Positions 40,753 through 53,125 of a stretch of 64,000 nucleotides of DNA are shown in pieces (position 1 is the first letter of the stretch; every line of letters begins with the position of its first letter). The translations under genes and the position numbers were made by a program. Origin of the DNA: Octopus vulgaris (Eukaryota); assembly GCA_951406725.2 (NCBI GenBank), contig OX597815.1, positions 106,392,001-106,456,000 on the forward strand, read 5' to 3'. Below the pieces are notes generated by a model. The model worked only from the letters and a program-made list of their open reading frames with translations, had not been told where the DNA came from and ran no database searches.

Positions 40753-43700
40753 TCTTTGATATTCAATGTTATAGATATATTGGTCTTTATGGAAAGCCTA
40801 GAAATATACTGATTTTTCAATTGGTAAACCAGGACAGTTATGGAAATGCATATTAGTTTTAAGTGCTACAAAATATTTTGAAGCTGATAGCATGTCTTTG
40901 TAATATGTTTGAACATTATATTCAATGCTGTTTCAAATGGAGGCTTGTATAGAATTTTTATTCAATGTAAAACTAAATACAAATTTTTCTGCCTCTTTTG
41001 CTTCCAATTACTTGTGGCAAGTAAAATATTAGCAATGGAAAATGTTTGAGCTTGTTTCTTTTATCATCTAACCTTCCATTTATATGTCAACGTCTAACTA
41101 GAGAAATGATGGCAAGTGAGAGTGAATGTATTATTTAGAAAAAAGAACTGGAGCAGGTTTTTCACTGTTACAGAAACTTCATTTCAAACAGAGATGCAGT
41201 TATAATTGTGATGTTCAAAGTATTACATTATTCATTCTACATGTTAGCATGACTTAGACAAAAACTTTTGAGGCAGGATTTTTACAGCTGGATGCACCTT
41301 TTGCCACCAACCCTTATACCCCTCCAACACAAACATAATTGCAATTCAACTGGCATCACATAATTATGTGAATTTGCACTGTATCCTATACTCTGAAATG
41401 CAGTAAAAACTTTTCCAAAACTTAAATGATACATTACTGGTAGTTTACTCCTGTCCTGCAGCCCTTTACAGTTCAGATATTAACACAAAACGAATACACA
41501 CAACTGTTAGCATGCTTTTATCATGCATATATTGCTAATATTATTAAAAAGGATTTTTATTTATTTTTACTTTAATTCTCACTAAATCAATATTTTATAC
41601 TGATGAGTTGCATTTAGAATCCATATAATTTCAGAAGAGATTAGGATGTAGGAAACCTGATTTAAATGCCAGCATAGAAAGCAGATGTAAAACGATGACA
41701 ACTAAATATCTAAAAGTATAACTCTTTATAACAATATTTTCCAGTGAATTGCAAAAATCTCCATATTTCAATTGATAGTTACTCATTTTCTCCAATCAAC
41801 ACCACTGCATCTTCGCTTAATTCTTATTAGGAGACCTTTCCATCAAACCCAACAGTTATCTACTTACTACATGGCCATGTTACTGCAGTCATCTACTCCA
41901 GATTTCTGATGCTCAAAAGTAACCTCACAATTCTTTCAGTAAATTAACATAATTACTATAAGTTTCTATAAAAATCCTATTAAGATACCAAAAGCTTCTC
42001 TTATGTAATATTCTTTCAGGTACAATTGTAGAGACTGAACTGACAGGTCAAAGAGACTGCAGTTGTGGCTATCTACATATAACTTAATGGAAACTGACAA
42101 GTGATCAATGTAGATGTCACCTAACAATGCCCACTCTTATATGAATATTACCACTCTTCATGCTTTAAATCTCTACACACAGGCATCATCCATATGCAAA
42201 CAGACACCTTTCCAGAAAAATGTTAAGAAAAGATGCCTTACTTAACTGCTCAAAGACAACCAATGCACACACCAAGGAAGCAAAATCCTACTTCACAGGA
42301 TTGTACCGGTAATTCAAAGATCTAGCTTGAGAATTGTATGAAGGGTCTTTCATTTCACAAGTAGGAATTTAGTTGATCAAACAACTGGATATTCATCATT
42401 AAAACCAATAAAGAATCCACCATTGGAATGGAAATATACTTATATAGTTAAATAGGAAAAACATGAAATATGAGTAAAATTTAATACTATAATGGCACTA
42501 GATATATTTTTCCAGTAGCAGTGAAGGGAGAGTTTGAAAATATAAAGGAACTGTGTAGAAATAAGGCAAAAAGTGGTTAAAAAAAAATTAACTGCTGCTG
42601 AAGAGAATTTAGCCATCCAAGAAAAGGTGACTATCACAGAATACATCTCTGGTAGAAACTGCAAACAAACATTTAATGCATCATTGTTCTCAGCATGAAA
42701 GCATCAACATCGTTTAACATCCACCTTCCATGCTAGCATGGGTTGGACAGTTTGTCAGGAGTCTGCACCAGGCTTGTGTCTGTTTTGGCCGGGATTTTAC
42801 AGCTGGATGCTCTTCCTAACACCAACCACCCAGTAGAATGGACCGAGTGCTTTTTAATTAGCAAAAGCACAGGCGAGATCGGTTTTGGCATGGTCTTTAT
42901 ACAGCTAGATGCCTTTCCAAATGCCAATCACTTTACACTGTGGACTGAATGCTTTTTATGTGGCATCAGCACTGGCAGGGCCACCAAGTAACTTGCAAGA
43001 TAAAGATCCTTTGAGAAGGGAAGGAGTATTGGAGGAGGTGATCTTGTGTCAGCTGATGAAAGGTTATATAGTGAGACAGAAATAGGTGTCTTGCTGCAGA
43101 GGTACATGGTTACCCGGCCAGAAAGAGAGACAGATCAAAAATGAAAATAAGTGGAATCTATCACAGTGATAAGAGCGTAGTAAAAGATATTAAATTGACA
43201 AAATCAGCATGGCAATGCTCGCGACATGTATAGATATAGCATCATTGTTAAGCTGATTCTCTTCCATGGACAACTATTTCAACAGAGTAGTGGTTGAAAT
43301 ATTTGTAATAGTAGAGGAAAAGAAAACAATTATTAGTATCTTACATTCCTTTACTGGTTTCAGTAATTCATCTTTATCTAACGTCCTCTTTCCATGCTGG
43401 CACGGGTTGGACGTTCTGATAAGAGCTGGTAAGCCAGAATACTGCCAAGCTCTACTGTTTAGATTGGCGTTTCTACAGCTGGATGCCCTTCCTAATGCCA
43501 GCCACTTTACAGAATGTCCCGGGTGCTTTTTATGTGGCAACACTGAGGTCACCAAGTAACTTACCCTTCAACTGAATGGGGGGTGGGTGTATTCAGGGTT
43601 TTGTACCAGGTGATAAGAAGAGTGTGCACAGAGGGACAGAAATGTCTTTTAGATACATGGTTACCTCAGTAGGAGAGAGGGGAGATAATGAAAACACCAA

Positions 43701-44507
43701 GTGTATATATCTTTAAAATTAGTTGCACAAAGCTAATCTCGTGAGATCTGAATTTGAGGTGAATTTAATTCAACTGAGATTTGGAAATTGAAAACAAAAC
43801 TTGATTAAAAACAACTGTTGTTCTTGCACATATTTTAAACCATTTGCCAACCTGTGGGGGGAAACTCATTTAAATAACAAGGATCTTTGGTAGTGAAAAG
43901 GTTGGGAACCACCATTTGAAACTGATATAGGAATATTTTCAAGAAAACTGCCATTTCACGGGATATCCACCCATCCTGGATACTTCGCTCACACTGTCAG
44001 TATTACCTAAAATATAAAATAATATCCAACTATAACAATTAGATGTTATATTTTAAAATTCACACATACAGGTATGATTGTGGCAAGGTCTTATATAGTA
44101 TGCAAAGTGCCTGACATTACATAATTAGTATATAAAACCTTGTCTAATATAATTTAGCAATTATTATACACAGTCATTCAACTAATAAAGACTGCTCGAA
44201 CATGAATTGCACAGTAAGTACATTCAGACTTTTGTCACATCAATATTAATATTTATGGGGGTCAGTGTCCTTAACTAATCTTCTGTAGGCTGATATTTTG
44301 CTTGAGTACTTATAAAATTAATGTAAAAAGTAATGTCCGTTACAAGGGAACGCTGAGAATTATAGTTAGCGAGGAGAAATTCCAGTCGCGAACATTGTCT
44401 ATACATTTCAATGTATTCAGAGCTACTTCATCCGGTTAAACTAAAGCGTTTGACCCGGGCACAAAAACAAACAGCAAAACTTTCGCGCCAAAAATTTTTA
44501 AATGATC

Positions 44508-45575
44508 GGTGGAGGTAAAGATCATGAACAGCAGCCCCTTTGCGTTTTTTTTTCTCTTTTCGGTCAATGTCTACAAGTACATAGGCACGAAAGAAAAAAA
44601 AATCGCTTTTTTTTTTTTTTCCAGCGGATTCCTATGTTTTCGATGACGGAGATTCTGAATATGCCAAAAACCATATTTTCAAAATTTTCAATTCTCCCCT
44701 CCCCGAAAAACAAAAGTTGAAATCAAAATATTTGGAAACATGATTTTTGACATATTCTGAATTTCCGTCATCAAAAACATAGGGATCCACTGAAAAATTT
44801 TCAAAAAGGTTGATTTTTTTCGTGCTGGTGCACTTGTAATTTACAGGAACACACTATATCGAGAGCGGAGATTCCGAATCTGAAAAAAATACCCCGCATT
44901 CCAAAATGTTTATTTTTGCACACACACACAATAAAATGACATAAAAATTTTTTTTTCCTTGTTTGGTAATTCGTATTTACAAAGTTGATCCTCGGTTTGG
45001 CTGTTGTTTCTAACTTGTCAGATTTCCAGTTGGTGCGTAGGGTGGAGGGGAAGGGTGTTATTTATTATTCTTTTTTTTTGAAAAATTGAAATTTTACAAA
45101 CAATTTTTTTCAGAATCATAATCTCCATATTTTTCTACGTATTTCGCAAAAAAAAAAAAAAAATATTTCTAAAATAAATGAAAAATGAAGAATTTTTTTT
45201 TTGGGGTAATTCGTATTAAAATTTTGAAAACGTGTTTCTAGCATGTCAGGTTTTCTGTTCGGATACTTTTTGCGTCTACTTTATAATTCTATGCATGCGT
45301 GAAACATTAGTTGAGAAAACACTAATTTCACTTTTTGTCATAAGGCGGAGTGCTTATTTTTTTCCTTCTTGGAAAATTGAAATTTTACAAAAAATTTTTC
45401 AGAATCAGTCTCCGTATTTGCCACTCCCACACATTTTTTTAAAACGTGAAAATTTAAGAAATTGGTGGGGGGGGGGGTAAATTTTGAAATGCAGATTCGC
45501 AATCTTCGTCCTCGATATAGTGTGTTCCTGTAAAAAAAAAAAAAAAATCTGCGGTCCATGAACTTTACCTCTGCC
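44508..45575. mobile_element. Non-autonomous TIR element with GG...CC ends and an internal hairpin
   Basis: Termini ggtggaggtaaagatcatg / catgaactttacctctgcc. Flanks aaatgatc / gaatgatc match at 7/8. Internal inverted repeat at ~44570-44840. A partial relative starts at ~55556. Confidence 0.7.
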
Positions 45576-46238
45576 GAATGATCAATCTCAGAAAAACAAG
45601 AATGTACTAGAATTTCGTTTGAACCACTATTCTGTATCTTAAGCTTGTTGTAGCTAATTCATTCGGCTGTTTACCAGAAGAAAACAGCCAAATATTTTTA
45701 ATTGTAGGAAATAAGAATAAATTGAATTCCTTTGCTAAAATGGGTATCGTTTCGTTTATGGTCTTCAGATTTCCAGTCTTGAATGCTATCGAACTAATCA
45801 CTCTGACCATATTAAGGAATTTCCAATATTTAAAGAAGTACATTTTCTTTTTTCTTTTATATTGAAAATGCTGACCATTTGTTCGAAATAAAAGGCCGAC
45901 TGCCATGTTGATTGAAGCCATCGCGTAAATTTTTGTTGAGTGCTAAGTTTTGAAAGTACAACGTAATAACGAAAATTTACTGAACATGATACGGGGAAAT
46001 ACAACTGTTTTACGCTATAGGAATGTAAAATGTAAACTAAATGGTGGATATACTTTGTCACTTTTTAAAAATTACGAAATTAATGATCAAAATGAAGCAC
46101 ATTATATTCAACTTACCATGCGAACTGCTAAAGGGGAGAGAAATGAATGAGTGTAGGAAGATTTCAGAGACAAGAGTACCACGTGGAGAGATAAGCTGGA
46201 AATACATACTTTAAACAGCTGAAGTGAATAAATAAATG

Positions 46239-46471
46239 GGGACTACTTGAGAACAGTGGTCTCGGTGCGTGCACTGGCGTAGTCGCGCATCCGCGCTAGC
46301 TAGTCGTGACTAGACGATCCTACAACGACTACCTAGCAGAGTAAATAGAACACAAAATAAATCAGTTTTTAAACAATGTAAATGACACACAAAAACGCAA
46401 AGTAAGGATCGACTAGTCATGACTAGCTAGCGCGAGTGCGCGCACCGGGACCACTGTTCTCAAGTAGTACC
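46239..46471. mobile_element. MITE with GG(T)ACTACTTGAGAAC termini and 8-bp TSD
   Basis: Long TIRs, with an exact TSD AATAAATG at 46231-46238 and 46472-46479. Confidence 0.85.
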
Positions 46472-46554
46472 AATAAATGAATATATGCATGTGTGCGAGT
46501 GTGTCCTTATTTGATGATACTACTTAAGAAGAGTGGTCCCGGTGCGCGTACTCG

Positions 46555-46735
46555 GGTACTTGTCAATTGTCGTGGTCCCAGTTTTGCACACGCGAATTTG
46601 CGCGTGCGCGCCCGCCAGACGTAGGTACTCAATACTCGAGATCCTACGAGGTGACTTGCGCATGCGCAGTGCAGAATTCGCGCGTGCGCGTTAAACCCCC
46701 CCCCCTAAAAAAAAAGGTGTTGGATTTCACTAAAA

Positions 46736-46774
<39 letters not shown>

Positions 46775-48056
46775 ACATTTTCAATTTTACACAAAAAAAT
46801 TACATAGTCGCTTTCCTCGCGGATTTACAGAGAAATGAATTAATTACTATTTTACAGAATAAAATTAATGAATTAATTATATAAATTAAATAATTCTTGA
46901 AAATTAATTAATATTAATAATATTTTTTGAACAAAGTAAATAATTTATAAAACTTGGTTAATAATTTTTTTTACACAAACGCGAACGTATATAATTTGTG
47001 AAACTTTTTTTTTTTTACAGACGTATATAATTTGGTAAACTTAATGAATTAATTTCTTATCATCATCATCGTTTAACGTCCGTTCTCCATGCCAGCATGG
47101 GTTGGACGGTTCGACCGGGGATCTGGGAAGCCCGAAGGCTGCACCAGACTCCAGTCTTATCTGGCAATGTTTCTACAGCTGGATGCCCTTCCTAACGCCA
47201 ACCACTCCGAGAGTGTAGTGGGTGCTTTTTACATGCCACCCGCACAGGTGCCAGGCGAGGCTGGCAACGGCCACGGTCGGATTGGTGCCAGTCGAGGCGG
47301 CTCTGGCATCGGCCACGATTCGGATAGTGCTTTTTACGTACCACCAGTCCAGGGGTCCTGGCATTTGCCGGGTGCCACACTTGCCCCAACATGTCTTCGC
47401 AAGCAAAGGGGGTTGGCATGGGTGCCTGTCGTGGGATGAGGTTCGATATCAACTTCGCTTGCCTCAACAGGTCTTTGTGTATAAATGTATAAATTTTTCG
47501 CACTAAATTCTTTCCGTAGAATTTATAAAAAAACGCGCAAAATTATTCCGTAGACTTTATCAAATTAAAAAACGCAAAATTAATATATTTTTTGAAATTG
47601 CAAATTATTTAGAATATAAAACAAATTAAGTTAAATTTTAAAAATAAATGTCATATACTTATACTCTGTAAGGTGCTGTGTTCACACTTCAATTTACTAT
47701 TTTCTAGAAATGTTGCTTTTCTAATTGAAACAATTTTTCTCAATCTCCATTTAAAAGTCCATAATGCCTCTTGAGCCATATCAAAATGAACAACTTTGAA
47801 TTACCCGGTGGTGGTGGTGGTGTGAGGTTCTAATTTTTTTTCTGATCTCTCTTTGCCCCCTCTTTATCTCAGTTGTTCATTCAGCTAATATTTAGAAAAA
47901 TTTTCGCGCCCAATTTTTGTTGTCGCGGGAAAAGATGAACGATTTAAAATAAATATATCTTAATTGTAGTGTGAGAAAGTATATATATTCTGATGACAAA
48001 ATATATTATCTTTCAAAAACATCCCAAATTTATAGACTATATCGTGTAGGTTTAAG

Positions 48057-48108
<52 letters not shown>

Positions 48109-49260
48109 ATATATACATATATAGTAGAGAATGAAACATCTTTCATCTGTCTCCCCACCACACCTCCATCTAGGGGGGCAAAGAGAGATCAGAAAAAAAA
48201 TTAGAACCTCACACCACCACCACCGGGTAATTCAAAGTTGTTCATTTTGATATGGCTCAAGAGGCATTATGGACTTTTAAATGGAGATTGAGAAAAATTG
48301 TTTCAATTAGAAAAGCAACATTTCTAGAAAATAGTAAATTGAAGTGTGAACACAGCACCTTACAGAGTATAAGTATATGACATTTATTTTTAAAATTTAA
48401 CTTAATTTGTTTTATATTCTAAATAATTTGCAATTTCAAAAAATATATTAATTTTGCGTTTTTTAATTTGATAAAGTCTACGGAATAATTTTGCGCGTTT
48501 TTTTATAAATTCTACGGAAAGAATTTAGTGCGAAAAATTTATACATTTATACACAAAGACCTGTTGAGGCAAGCGAAGTTGATATCGAACCACATCCCAC
48601 GACAGGCACCCATGCCAACCCCTTTGCTTGCGAAGACATGTTGGGGCAAGTGTGGCACCCGGCAAATGCCAGGACCCCTGGACTGGTGGTACGTAAAAAG
48701 CACTATCCGAATCGTGGCCGATGCCAGAGCCGCGGGGGCGACTGGCACCAATCCGACCGTGGCCGTTGCCAGCCTCGCCTGGCACCTGTGCGGGTGGCAT
48801 GTAAAAAGCACCTACTACACTCTCGGAGTGGTTGGCGTTAGGAAGGGCATCCAGCTGTAGAAACATTGCCAGATAAGACTGGAGTCTGGTGCAGCCTTCT
48901 GGCTTCCCAGATCCCCGGTCGAACCGTCCAACCCATGCTGGCATGGAGAACGGACGTTAAACGATGATGATGATGATAAGAAATTAATTCATTAAGTTTA
49001 CCAAATTATATACGTCTGTAAAAAAAAAAAGTTTCACAAATTATATACGTTCGCGTTTGTGTAAAAAAAATTATTAACCAAGTTTTATAAATTATTTACT
49101 TTGTTCAAAAAATATTATTAATATTAATTAATTTTCAAGAATTATTTAATTTATATAATTAATTCATTAATTTTATTCTGTAAAATAGTAATTAATTCAT
49201 TTCTCTGTAAATCCGCGAGGAAAGCGACTATGTAATTTTTTTGTGTAAAATTGAAAATGT

Positions 49261-49301
<41 letters not shown>

Positions 49302-49481
49302 TTTTAGTGAAATCCAACACCTTTTTTTTTAGGGGGGGGGTTTAACGCGCACGCGCGAATTCTGCACTGCGCATGCGCAAGTCACCTCGTAGGATCTCGA
49401 GTATCGAGTACCTACGTCTGGCGGGCGCGCGCGCGCAAATTCGCGTGTGCAAAACCGGGACCACGACAATTGACAAGTACC
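46555..49481. mobile_element. Giant palindromic (foldback) element, copy 1: ~1.3-kb arms and ~310-bp spacer
   Basis: 46555-47861 is the near-exact reverse complement of 48172-49481. Termini GGTACTTGTCAATTG...CAATTGACAAGTACC; 8-bp TSD CGTACTCG. Confidence 0.92.
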
Positions 49482-49640
49482 CGTACTCGCGCATCCGCAC
49501 TAGCTAGTCGTGACTGACTAGTCGATCCTTACTTTGTGTTTTTGTTTTATTTACTTTGTTTAAAAAATTATTTACTTTATGTTTTTGTGTTTTATTTACT
49601 TTGTTTAAAAAAAAAATTATTTATTTAGTGTAAAAAATTA

Positions 49641-50405
49641 GGATCTTTTCCTTTTGAACGGCATATGTCAAAACAATTTCTAGTTAACTAAACACTTTTA
49701 AACTTCGTATACTGGTAGAATGTGTTTATAAAACATCATTTTTTCTTGGCTTTATTGAGAAAATTCTATAGTTTGTAAGATATTTCCACTTTAATTTCGA
49801 GCATTTCGGCAATTTTAACCAATCGCTGGAGTCCATTTGGGGTGAAAACATTCCGTGCTGTATGAATATGTCCCTCGTTTAAGAAACAGATTGGGTTTAT
49901 TTACATTTGCGAAGGAAAAAAGATACCCTTCCCCACCCCCACCCCTAATCCTAACCCTAAAACAGATACTAGGGTTATAAATATAGGTGACAATTTCATA
50001 CGACACCGCTACGGAAAATGGGATTTTTTTCTAGCGGTGTCAAATGAAAATGTCACCCATAATTATAACCCTAGTATCGATCTATTGCATTTCAATCTGT
50101 TTTAGGGGTGGGGGAAGGGTATCTTTTTTTCTTCGCAAATGTAAATAAACCCAATCTGTTTCTTAAATGAGGGACATATTCATATAGCACGGAATGTTTT
50201 CACCCCAAATGGACTCCAGCGATTGGTTAAAATTGCCGAAATGCTCGAAATTAAAGTGGAAATATCTTACAAACTATAGAATTTTCTCAATAAAGCCAAG
50301 AAAAAAATGATGTTTTATAAACACATTCTACCAGTATACGAAGTTTAAAAGTGTTTAGTTAACTAGAAATTGTGTTGACATGTGCCATTCAAAAGGAAAA
50401 GATCC
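49641..50405. mobile_element. ~765-bp palindromic MITE with GGATCTTTTCC termini
   Basis: Almost fully self-complementary. Flanks aaaaatta / aaaaatga form a 7/8 TSD. Confidence 0.85.
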
Positions 50406-51127
50406 AAAAATGATTTATTTTGTGTTTTATTTACTTTGCTAGGTAGTCGTTGTAGAATTGACTAGTCACCACTAGCTAGCGTGGATGCACGAGTACGCGC
50501 ACCAGGACCATTCTTCTTAAGTAGCACCTCCTCATTTTAATATTGTCTCTCTCTCTCTCTCTATATATATATATGAAATATGAAAACAGTGAGGTACACT
50601 ACAACTAAGAAATATATGTATATATCTAATATAATAAATGCGAAAACTAATTTGTGTGTAACTTGTGAAGACCTGTTGAGGCAAGTGAGGATCAGAATCG
50701 AAATTGATCAATGGAAATTGCAGATGTGTTACCAGTGCCGGTGGCATGTAAGAGAACCTAAGAGAGAACTTTGACCTCCTCTCTCACTATTCAATGACAC
50801 TTCCAGGAGTGAGAGTAATAGAGGCGAAGACAAACAGAGAGAAAAAGAAATTTAGGGAGAGTTGATTTTTATTAAAAGTAGTATGTTGATGGTGGCAGTG
50901 GGAGTAATAATAAGAGGGAGATGATATACAACTTTGTTTAACAATGTCTCGTTGACAAATTCTTGTCGCCAACATACTGAACACTCATTTTTGTTTTATT
51001 TCTTGCTTTCTTTAATACATATATGGGATCTTTTCCTTTTGAACAGCACTTTTCAACACAATTTCTAGTTAACTAAACACTTTTAAACTTTGTATACTGG
51101 TAGAATGTGTCAAAATAAAATATTTTT

Positions 51128-51926
51128 GGATCTTTTCCTTTTGAACGGCACTTTGTAACATAATTTCTAGGTAACTAAAAAGTTTTAAACTTCGTATACT
51201 GGTAGAATGTGTTTATAAAACATCATTTTCTCTTGGCTTTATTGAGAAAATTCTATATGTTGTAACATATTTCGTCTTTAATTTCGAGCATTTAGGCAAT
51301 TTTAACCAATCGCTGACCTTCATTTAGGTAAATAACATTCTGTGCATAATGAATATGTCCCTCCTTTAAGAAACAGATTGGGTTTATTTACATTTGTGAA
51401 GAAAAAAGATACCCTTCCTCCACCCCTAACTCTAACCCTAAATCTAAAATAGATTGAAATGCAATAGATCAATACTAGGGTTATAATTATGGGTGACAAT
51501 TTCATACGACTCCGCTTCGGAATATGGGATTTTTTTCTAGTGGTGTCAATTGAAAATGTCACCCATAATTATGGCCCTAGTATCGATCTATTGCATTTCA
51601 ATCTATTTTAGATTTAGGGTTAGTTAGGAGTGGGGGAAGGGTATCTTTTTTCTTCACAAATGTAAATAAACCCAATCTGTTTCTTAAAGGAGGGACATAT
51701 TCATTATGCACAGAATGTTATTTACCTAAATGGAGGTCAGCGACTGGTTAAAATTGCCAAAATGCTCAAAATTAAAGACGAAATATGTTACAACATATAG
51801 AATTTTCTCAATAAAGCCAAGAAAAAAATGATGTTTTATAAACACATTCTACCAGTATACAAAGTTTAAAAGTGTTTAGTTAACTAGAAATTGTGTTGAA
51901 AAGTGCCGTTCAAAAGGAAAAGATCC
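51128..51926. mobile_element. Second ~800-bp GGATCTTTTCC palindromic MITE, inserted into a truncated relative (~51026-51990)
   Basis: Self-complementary; flanks atattttt / acattttt. The host copy starts ggatcttttcc at 51026 and resumes with ttctcttggctttcttgagaaaatt after 51934. Confidence 0.85.
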
Positions 51927-52239
51927 ACATTTTTTTCTCTTGGCTTTCTTGAGAAAATTGTAATTTGTTTGTTTAACGTAGTTTAATTTTTCCTCTCCAG
52001 GGAGACACTTGCATTGGTGGGGTATGGTTACAGGGCAAGACTGGGTAGAGCCCCTAGTGATTTGCTTTGGAGGCTGAGATTTGACAAACACAGTGAATCC
52101 AAGAAATTTGCAAGGTCAAAAGTCAGTTTCACACATTCGTCTCAGGTACAGAGAATTGCCATACTCAGTAAGGTGAAAACTTCCCCTTGGTGTTCTGGAG
52201 TCTTAAATTCTCATGGTGCACTTCTGATGGAAGTGTCAA

Positions 52240-53125
52240 GGTGGACCCAGTACTGATCTGAATACCATGATGACTAACCAGTCAGCTGTGATCTGCTGTC
52301 TGATGACAAGATTCATACAGTGGTAAATCAGCTGGTGTCTGTAGCATCCATTGGTAGATGATCAAGAAAAGCAGGACTTCTGTAGTCTTGTTCTTGCAGC
52401 AGATCATCTGCTCAATCCAGCATCATACCACTTGACTGGAAGAGGGGCATAATTATCCCACACTGGAAAAGTAAATGTGACCATCACGACTGCAACAATT
52501 ATAATGCTGTTACACTTATCTCAGTGCCCAGTAAGGTTTTTACGAGTGTCAATCCTTAATTGAGTGTGAAATCATCTGCTTACGTCTCAACAGTGGGAGC
52601 AGTTAGGATTCAGGCTGAAGTGGTAAAGCACTGACAATATCCTAGCTGTTCATGTACTCAGTGAACACAAGCAGAGCTTTTGGTTAGGGATGCTTGCAGC
52701 TTGTGCCAACCTCTGCAAGGCGTTTGACTCGGCAGACAGGTATGTGCCTTGGAGGATTCTGGAGCTGGTGGTATACCTCTTCAAGTGATTGGGCTAATGA
52801 TAGTCTTGTACACCAGAATAGTCTGTGTAGTTCAGGTTGGAGGCTCAACCTCTGACTTTTTTCCAATTGCATCAGGGGGTTTGTCAGGGTTGTGTCTGGG
52901 CTGCCATTCTCTCCAATGCCTGCATGGATTGGATACTTGGCCGAATGGTGGCTTGATCATGTTGTGGTGCACTCATTGGTGAAACTAGGATTATTGACTT
53001 AGATTTGGCTGATGAATCTTAAGTCCTAAAAAGACTTGAACAAGCTGGCGCAATTGTGAACTGTTAGGATAATGAAGTGTAGCGCTGCCAATATCTGTGT
53101 AGGAGGACAAAAGTTCTTTGTATTG
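52240..53125 (+). mobile_element. Decayed RTE-like LINE RT fragment
   Basis: Degenerate motifs LSVPSKVF, EQLGFR, KAFDS.DR..WRIL...GIP and DLDLADE across frameshifts. Confidence 0.6.

Larger units (their letters stand above)
46516..50528. mobile_element. Second MITE of the same family, split by two nested palindromic insertions
   Basis: Left end gatactacttaagaagagtggtcccggtgcgc; right end gcgcaccaggaccattcttcttaagtagcacc. The interior resumes at ~49490-49640 and ~50406-50528. Confidence 0.75.

Noticed and set aside
42440-42664. Minus-strand ORF after an acceptor-like site
   Set aside because: No homology recognised, and the sequence downstream has frequent stops.
47089-47506. Repeated 77-139 aa ORFs (MPAWVGRFDRG..., MRKIYTF...) in all four palindrome arms
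   Set aside because: They lie within the SINE-like repeat, overlap in several frames, have no recognisable domain, and are frameshifted between arms.
46555-49481. Polinton/Maverick or viral identity for the giant palindrome
   Set aside because: No coding capacity, termini are not AG-type, and the neighbouring GGTAC family supports an 8-bp TSD.
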